This document shows, piece by piece, positions 28,650-33,963 of a DNA stretch of 33,963 bases (position 1 is its first letter; each line of letters starts with the position of its first letter). The stretch is from Deferribacterales bacterium. GTDB lineage: Bacteria; Chrysiogenota; Deferribacteres; Deferribacterales; Geovibrionaceae. A program made the position numbers and the translations under genes. The notes beneath the pieces were generated by a model. That model made no database searches and was not told where the DNA came from. It was given only the letters and a program-made list of their open reading frames with translations. The DNA lies in assembly GCA_050253335.1 (NCBI GenBank), contig JBFWJG010000025.1:1-33963 (forward strand), written 5' to 3'.

Positions 28650-30051
28650 AAATATGATCGCGGCCGCGGCCGTGTCAGTGATAATGGCGGGGTGCTCAAT
28701 GATCCCCGCCTATGAAAGACCCGCTTCCCCTGTCGCGGCTTCATTCCCCGCGGGAGAGGCCTACAGGGGGGCGGAAAGCGGTGCCGTGAACGTTGCGGAG
28801 ATAGCGTGGAAGGACTTCTTCCTCGCTCCGGAGCTCAGGGCGCTGATCGAAAAAGCACTTGAAAACAACAGGGATCTCCGTGTCGCGGCTCTGAACATAG
28901 AGGCGGCAAGGGCGGCCTACCGCATTCAGCGTTCAAGCCTTCTGCCGAATGTTGATGCAACAGGCGCCTTCACCCGTCAGCGTGTGCCCGAGAACGCAAG
29001 CGCAACGGGCAGTGCCTACACCGCCTCAAGCTACAGTGTTGGCATCGGCATAGCCGCTTACGAACTTGACTTCTTCGGCAGGGTGAAAAGCCTCAGCGAA
29101 AAAGCCCTTGAAAGCTACTTCGCTACGGAAGAGGCTAGAAACGCCGCGCAGATAACCCTTATCTCCGAAGTGGCAAATGCCTACATCACTTATCTGGGAG
29201 ACAGGGAGATGCTCAGGCTCTCAGGGGAAACCCTGAAGGCTCAGCAGGATGCCTACGCTCTGGTTAAAAGGAAGTATGAACTGGGAAGCGCAACGAAGCT
29301 TGACCTCGAACAGGCTTCGACAGCGGTGGAAAACGCAAGAATAAGCAGGGTTCAGTACACAAGACTCACAGCGCAGGACTTAAACGCGCTTACGCTTCTT
29401 GCGGGAACTCAGATAGACGCCGAAGCGCTTCAGGCGGGACTGCCCGATGAGGTGACAGCGCTGAAGGCTCTGCCTGCGGGCGTGCCTTCGGAGACTCTTC
29501 TGAACAGACCTGATATAAAGCGTGCGGAGCATTCGCTGAAAGCAGCCAACGCAGATATCGGCGCGGCAAGAGCGGCCTTCTTCCCATCAATCACGCTTAC
29601 CGCCTCAGCAGGGCTGGCGAGCACGGGACTTGATGACCTTTTCAGCTCAGGCTCAGGGCTTGCGTGGTCGTTTGCGCCTAAAATAAATATACCGATCTTC
29701 AACGCGGGGCGTAACAAGGCTAATCTTGAAGTGGCGAAAGTTAACCAGAAAATAGCGGCCGCTGAATATGAAAAGGCGATACAGACCGCCTTCCGTGAAG
29801 TTGCGGATCAGCTTGCCGCAAAAGGAACCTTCACAGACCAGCTCACGGCGCAGAAAACCCTTGCGGACTCTGCCCGCAGTGTTTACGAACTCTCAAGTGA
29901 GCGCTACAGACACGGCGTGTCAAGCTATCTTGAGGTGCTGGACGCTCAGCGCTCGCTTTTCGCGGCGGAGCAGGGAGTCATCTCAGTCAGACAGCAGTAT
30001 TTAAACAACCTCGTCACCCTTTACAAAGTTCTGGGCGGCGGACAGATATAA
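28639..30051 (+). CDS. oprM: Outer-membrane efflux lipoprotein (OprM/NodT family)
   Basis: Lipobox MAGC, plus [35 protein letters not shown] and LYKVLGGG. Confidence 0.94.
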   Translation: MVSRNMIAAAAVSVIMAGCSMIPAYERPASPVAASFPAGEAYRGAESGAVNVAEIAWKDFFLAPELRALIEKALENNRDLRVAALNIEAARAAYRIQRSSLLPNVDATGAFTRQRVPENASATGSAYTASSYSVGIGIAAYELDFFGRVKSLSEKALESYFATEEARNAAQITLISEVANAYITYLGDREMLRLSGETLKAQQDAYALVKRKYELGSATKLDLEQASTAVENARISRVQYTRLTAQDLNALTLLAGTQIDAEALQAGLPDEVTALKALPAGVPSETLLNRPDIKRAEHSLKAANADIGAARAAFFPSITLTASAGLASTGLDDLFSSGSGLAWSFAPKINIPIFNAGRNKANLEVAKVNQKIAAAEYEKAIQTAFREVADQLAAKGTFTDQLTAQKTLADSARSVYELSSERYRHGVSSYLEVLDAQRSLFAAEQGVISVRQQYLNNLVTLYKVLGGGQI

Positions 30052-30067
30052 CTTCTCTCACCAAGAC

Positions 30068-30104
30068 CCCCGTGCGGACCCAGTGCGCCGCGCGGGGCTT
30101 TTTT
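30068..30104 (+). terminator. Rho-independent terminator of the efflux operon
   Basis: CCCCGTGCGG...CCGCGCGGGG stem followed by CTTTTTT. Confidence 0.75.
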
Positions 30105-30791
30105 CTATATGCTCATTCTCCTGAAAATCCGTTCCGGTCTGCCCACTGTTCCGTAGTCTATGTCGGCGTAGAGAAAGCCGGAGGCGAGCAGATATTCCAG
30201 ATAGCGTCTGGCTGTGTTGCGGCTGGCGTTAATTTTTTTGCCCACATCCTCGGCGGAGTAACCTTCTGCTCCTTCCTCCTCGAACACGGCGCATATCTTT
30301 CTCAGGGTTATGGGGTCTATGCCCTTGGGGAGGCTGTTTTCATCCTGTGCCTCCGAAACGGGGTGAATGAGCCTGTCTATCATCTGCTGTTCAAACACCG
30401 AGTTTTTCATGAGCTCCGTGCGGTATGTGCGGAATTTTTCCAGCGATGCCTTGAACCTGTCGAATATCACAGGCTTCACAAGGTAATCAAACGCTCCGCC
30501 GCGGAGAGCTTCCTGCAGTGAGCCCGCCTCTTTTGCCGCGGTGATCAGTATAACATCCACGGATTTCCCCTTTTCCCGCATTTTTTTCAGAAGCTGCATC
30601 CCGTTTCCCTCAGGGAAAAAGAGATCAAGAAGCACAAGCTCCGGCTCCAGCACGTCCACCATCTCCTCGCCGTCCGGCAGGCTGTTTGCGATGCCTATTA
30701 CCTCAAAGCCTTCGACCTTTTCGGTGAAGCGCTTGTGAAGCTCCGATATTTTGATATCGTCCTCAACTATTACCGTTCTTATTTTCTTCAT
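30105..30791 (-). CDS. dcuR: CitB/DcuR-family response regulator
   Basis: Receiver domain (IVEDD, LLDLFFPEGNG, ITAA, YLVKP) and CitB-type output LPKGIDPITL...SRNTARRYLEYL...YGTVGRPER. Confidence 0.88.
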   Translation of the reverse strand: MKKIRTVIVEDDIKISELHKRFTEKVEGFEVIGIANSLPDGEEMVDVLEPELVLLDLFFPEGNGMQLLKKMREKGKSVDVILITAAKEAGSLQEALRGGAFDYLVKPVIFDRFKASLEKFRTYRTELMKNSVFEQQMIDRLIHPVSEAQDENSLPKGIDPITLRKICAVFEEEGAEGYSAEDVGKKINASRNTARRYLEYLLASGFLYADIDYGTVGRPERIFRRMSI

Positions 30792-32385
30792 GATACATTT
30801 CCTTTGGTATTGTCACTCTGAAGGATACGCCGCCCAGCCTGCTTTTTGCCATGCCTATGGAGCCTCTCAGCTCCATGAGGGCGTTCTGCACAAGATAAAG
30901 CCCCACGCCTCTGTTTTCGCCCTTGGTGCTTACCCCTTTCTGGAAGATGTCTTCTATTATGTCAGGCTCAAGCCCGCCGCCTGAATCCTCAACCTGAAAG
31001 ACAATGCTTCTGCCCGAATCATTCATCGTGAGCAGAACCTTTTTCACAGGGGAGTCAATCACAGCGTCAAAGGCGTTGTCCAGTATGTTGCCGAGCACGG
31101 TGACTATCTTCTCCCTGTCTATTCTGGCGGGTATGTCTGTCATTCGGCTTTTCTCCGCTATGGCGAAGTCTATTTTCAGTTCCCTTGCCCTGCTGTGTTT
31201 GCCGATGATCAGAGCTGAAACAATCGGGTCAGGCACATTTGCGTTCACGAAGCTTATCATCTCCTCATGTATTCTGGTTTCCGAGAGAATAAGCTCCAGC
31301 GCCTCCTGATATGCCTCAAGCTGGATAAGTCCCGCCACTGTGTGGAGCTTGTTGGAATATTCGTGGGACTGCACACGGAGCATGTCCGAATATTTTTTAA
31401 TACGGTTAAGCTCCTGCGCGAGAAGGGTTATCTCATTCTTCCGCCGGAAGGTGACAACAGCTCCCTGCACCCTGCCCATATGCATGACCGCCATTATGTT
31501 GGTTAGAAGCTCAACTCCGTTCAGGGTCATGGAGGTGTCTTCCATGTTGGTTTTTGTCCTCATCACATCCGCGGAGTATTCCGGCGGGAATATTTCGCTT
31601 ATGTGGAGGCCTATATAATCCTTTTCAAGGGAAAGAACCCTTATGGCGTTCTTATTGATCAGCCTTATGCGGTTTTCGGTGTTAACGGCTATTATTCCTG
31701 CCCTTATAGAATCTATTATCGCGTTTCTTTCAAGGAAGAGATCCGCTATTTCCGCAGGCTCCAGACCGAGGGTTATTCTCTTCTGGTGATTGGCTATCAG
31801 CACCGCCGTGCCGAGTCCGGTCGCAAGCATCATAAAAACAAAGAGCAGAGGCTTTTTCTGATGCTCAAGGATTGTTTCCCGCACCCGTTCCTTGAGATAA
31901 CCCACGGCAACGAAACCGACTATGCGCCCCTCGTGGTAAACAGGAGCAATTCCGCGGACGGAAGGACCCAGCGTTCCCACCGCTTCCGAGACATACGCCT
32001 CTCCGTATTCTGTTGCGCGGTCGGTGTCGTCCCCCTGAAATTTTTTGCCGATATTGGCGGGATTAGGGTGTGAAAGCCTGATGCCGGAATTATCCGCAAC
32101 AACAACATAGGCGGCGTTTGTTCTTTTTCTGATTTCCTCCGCGGCTGCCTGCACCCGCCCGCCTTCATCTCTTCCCGCAGCCAGTGACTGCTGTATGAGG
32201 GGCATGGTGGTCATTGTCTGGGCGATATTAAGCGCCTTTTCGCCTATCTGAAATCTGAGAAAGTCCGCAACCATGCCGGAGAATATAAGACCGCTGATCA
32301 CAAGCTGAAGCATCAGCACCGCGAAAATCATCATCAGCATCTGTATGCGTATGGGACGGGAGGAGAAGAAACGCTTCATGTTCAC
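30763..32385 (-). CDS. dcuS: CitA/DcuS-family sensor histidine kinase
   Basis: TM - sCache (RLSHP...GTLGPSVRG) - TM - GLEPAEI - PAS - LRVQSHEYSNKLH - GNILDNA - DSGGG - STKG..RGVGL. The start could be GTG 32385 or ATG 32379. Confidence 0.9.
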   Translation of the reverse strand: MNMKRFFSSRPIRIQMLMMIFAVLMLQLVISGLIFSGMVADFLRFQIGEKALNIAQTMTTMPLIQQSLAAGRDEGGRVQAAAEEIRKRTNAAYVVVADNSGIRLSHPNPANIGKKFQGDDTDRATEYGEAYVSEAVGTLGPSVRGIAPVYHEGRIVGFVAVGYLKERVRETILEHQKKPLLFVFMMLATGLGTAVLIANHQKRITLGLEPAEIADLFLERNAIIDSIRAGIIAVNTENRIRLINKNAIRVLSLEKDYIGLHISEIFPPEYSADVMRTKTNMEDTSMTLNGVELLTNIMAVMHMGRVQGAVVTFRRKNEITLLAQELNRIKKYSDMLRVQSHEYSNKLHTVAGLIQLEAYQEALELILSETRIHEEMISFVNANVPDPIVSALIIGKHSRARELKIDFAIAEKSRMTDIPARIDREKIVTVLGNILDNAFDAVIDSPVKKVLLTMNDSGRSIVFQVEDSGGGLEPDIIEDIFQKGVSTKGENRGVGLYLVQNALMELRGSIGMAKSRLGGVSFRVTIPKEMYHEENKNGNS

Positions 32386-32425
32386 CTTTTCTTTTCTTAA
32401 ATAATATTACGCCCGCGGCTTAAAT

Positions 32426-32466
32426 AAAATAAAAAAAAGGACACGGCGCAGTTCTGCCGTGTCCTT
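32426..32466 (-). terminator. Rho-independent terminator of the dcu transporter gene
   Basis: AAGGACACGGC-N8-GCCGTGTCCTT followed on the minus strand by a long T-tract. Confidence 0.85.
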
Positions 32467-32489
32467 CAGCGCAGGAGGGCTTATCTCTG

Positions 32490-33815
32490 TCAGATTATGA
32501 ATAGCGCAATGGCATAGCCGACACAGCAGGCGGTTATCACCCCTATGAGACCCGGAGCCATGAAGCTGTGGTTGAAGTAGAATTTACCGATCCTTGTGGT
32601 TCCCGTGGTGTCAAATGTGCATGTGGCGATATCAGACGGATAGTTGGGGATGAAGAAATATCCGTAGCTTGAGGGCATTATGGCTATCAGAAGCGCAGGG
32701 GGCAGACCGAGGCCCAAGCCCACGGGGAGCATCATTTTGCATGTGGCCGCCTGAGAGTTGACCACAACGGATACGATGAACATGGCCAGAGCGAATGACC
32801 AAGGATATGCCTGAACCATCTCTGTTATGGAAACCTTGAAAGCGGGCATTGCGTACTGGAAGTATGTGTCGCTCATCCACGCAATACCGAAAATAGCGAT
32901 GCACGCTACCATGCCGGACTTGAAAACCACGCCTTCGGGCACAAGGGAGGGTTTGGTTTTTGTAACGATGAGTATGAGACCGCCGAAAGCGAGCATCATC
33001 ATCTGGATCAGTGTGGCCATGTCTATAGGCTTGGGCATTCCCTCTATGGTGCGCAGGGAGGGGAACATGCCGAAAACCACTATGACGGCAAGTGAGGCAA
33101 GGAATATATAAACCGCGTTTCTGGATGATGACGGAAGTTTTTCGTTGAGCGTTGTTGCGGTTGTGTTTTCGATTCTTTCACGCCAGAGAGGATCCTGCAT
33201 ACGTTTCTGAAATTCTGGATCATCTTTGAGCTCTTTGCCCCTGCGGAGGCTGTAGACGGACATTGCTATTGTGCCGATGAAAGTCGCCGGAAGGGTTACG
33301 CCCACTATGGAAAGAAGTGTCAGCCCTTCGGCCACTCCAGAAAGAGCGGAGAGATAATAAACAACCGCCGCGGAGATCGGGCTGGCTGTTATACCCAGCT
33401 GGGAAGCGACAGAAGCCGCCGCCATCGGGCGTTCGGGGCGTATGCCGTTTTTCAGTGCTATGTCTCCGATTATGGGCATGATAGTGTAAACAGCATGTCC
33501 GGTTCCCAGCATAACTGTCATAGTGTATGTAACTATGGGTCCCAGAAATGTAATCTTTCTGGGGTTCGAACGCAGGATTCTTTCAGCAATCTGAAGCATG
33601 TATTTCAGGCCGCCGGCGGCTTCCAGTATGGACGCGCATGTGACAACTGCGAGTATGATCAGCATTACAGTTATCGGGGGCGATGTGGGGGGCATTTTGA
33701 ATATGAGCACTTCGATAAGAAGACCTATGCCCGAAACAACGCCGAGCCCTATGCCGCCGAAGCGGCTGCCTATGTAAAGCATTATGAGAAGAAATAAAAA
33801 TTCCAAGTACAGCAT
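32490..33815 (-). CDS. dcuB: Anaerobic C4-dicarboxylate transporter (DcuA/DcuB family)
   Basis: Motifs GGIGLG, LEAAGG, GTGH, IRPERPMAAASVASQ, SPISAA, FGIAWMSDT, NSQAAT, PNYPSD and GTTRIGKFYFNHSF. GGAGG RBS. Confidence 0.93.
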   Translation of the reverse strand: MLYLEFLFLLIMLYIGSRFGGIGLGVVSGIGLLIEVLIFKMPPTSPPITVMLIILAVVTCASILEAAGGLKYMLQIAERILRSNPRKITFLGPIVTYTMTVMLGTGHAVYTIMPIIGDIALKNGIRPERPMAAASVASQLGITASPISAAVVYYLSALSGVAEGLTLLSIVGVTLPATFIGTIAMSVYSLRRGKELKDDPEFQKRMQDPLWRERIENTTATTLNEKLPSSSRNAVYIFLASLAVIVVFGMFPSLRTIEGMPKPIDMATLIQMMMLAFGGLILIVTKTKPSLVPEGVVFKSGMVACIAIFGIAWMSDTYFQYAMPAFKVSITEMVQAYPWSFALAMFIVSVVVNSQAATCKMMLPVGLGLGLPPALLIAIMPSSYGYFFIPNYPSDIATCTFDTTGTTRIGKFYFNHSFMAPGLIGVITACCVGYAIALFII

Positions 33816-33871
33816 GGTGTACCTCCGTGATTTTCCGCAGAAAGAGTCGTTTCCGCGGTTCTATAAGAGGT

Positions 33872-33952
33872 ATCATATATGTTTTGTTTGTTAGTTATAG
33901 TATTCGGAATAATAGGATATTTTGAATTTTTAGCATATTCTGCACATTTTGC
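33872..33952 (-). promoter_or_regulatory. Putative dcu promoter with 9-bp phased repeats (candidate CitB/DcuR sites)
   Basis: Minus-strand TATGAT (-10-like, 33872-33877). On the + strand, GGAATAATA/GGATATTTT/GAATTTTTA/GCATATTCT/GCACATTTT at 33906-33950. Confidence 0.5.
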
Positions 33953-33963
33953 TCACAATCAGG

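Overview
A gene-dense bacterial chromosomal window of roughly 50% GC with no mobile elements, CRISPR array or RNA genes that I can support. The gene content resembles an anaerobic or microaerobic respirer such as Deferribacterota or Desulfobacterota, but the taxonomy is inference only. From left to right it contains: (1) a minus-strand cytochrome c - Sco - coxA - coxC - coxD - coxB operon for an A2-type heme-copper oxidase whose subunit II carries a fused c-type heme (cut by the window edge); (2) a secreted hypothetical protein; (3) a citrate-lyase-type operon citC-citD-[DUF296/PPC]-citE-citF-citX-citG; (4) a PAS-PAS-LuxR regulator followed by a TorD-like chaperone, a Tat-exported Cys-ligated molybdopterin oxidoreductase of unassigned function, a 4x[4Fe-4S] subunit and a small secreted protein, with no membrane anchor; (5) an Isf-type iron-sulfur flavoprotein divergent from an HxlR regulator; (6) monomeric NADP isocitrate dehydrogenase; (7) a diguanylate cyclase with three periplasmic binding domains; (8) a TetR-AcrA-AcrB-OprM efflux operon with four 19-bp-phased operators; and (9) a Dcu transporter with a CitA/DcuS-CitB/DcuR two-component system. 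The strongest leads are the DUF296 protein translationally coupled inside the lyase operon, the orphan molybdoenzyme module with its operator array, and similar upstream motifs shared by the cit operon and the dcu transporter 23 kb apart.
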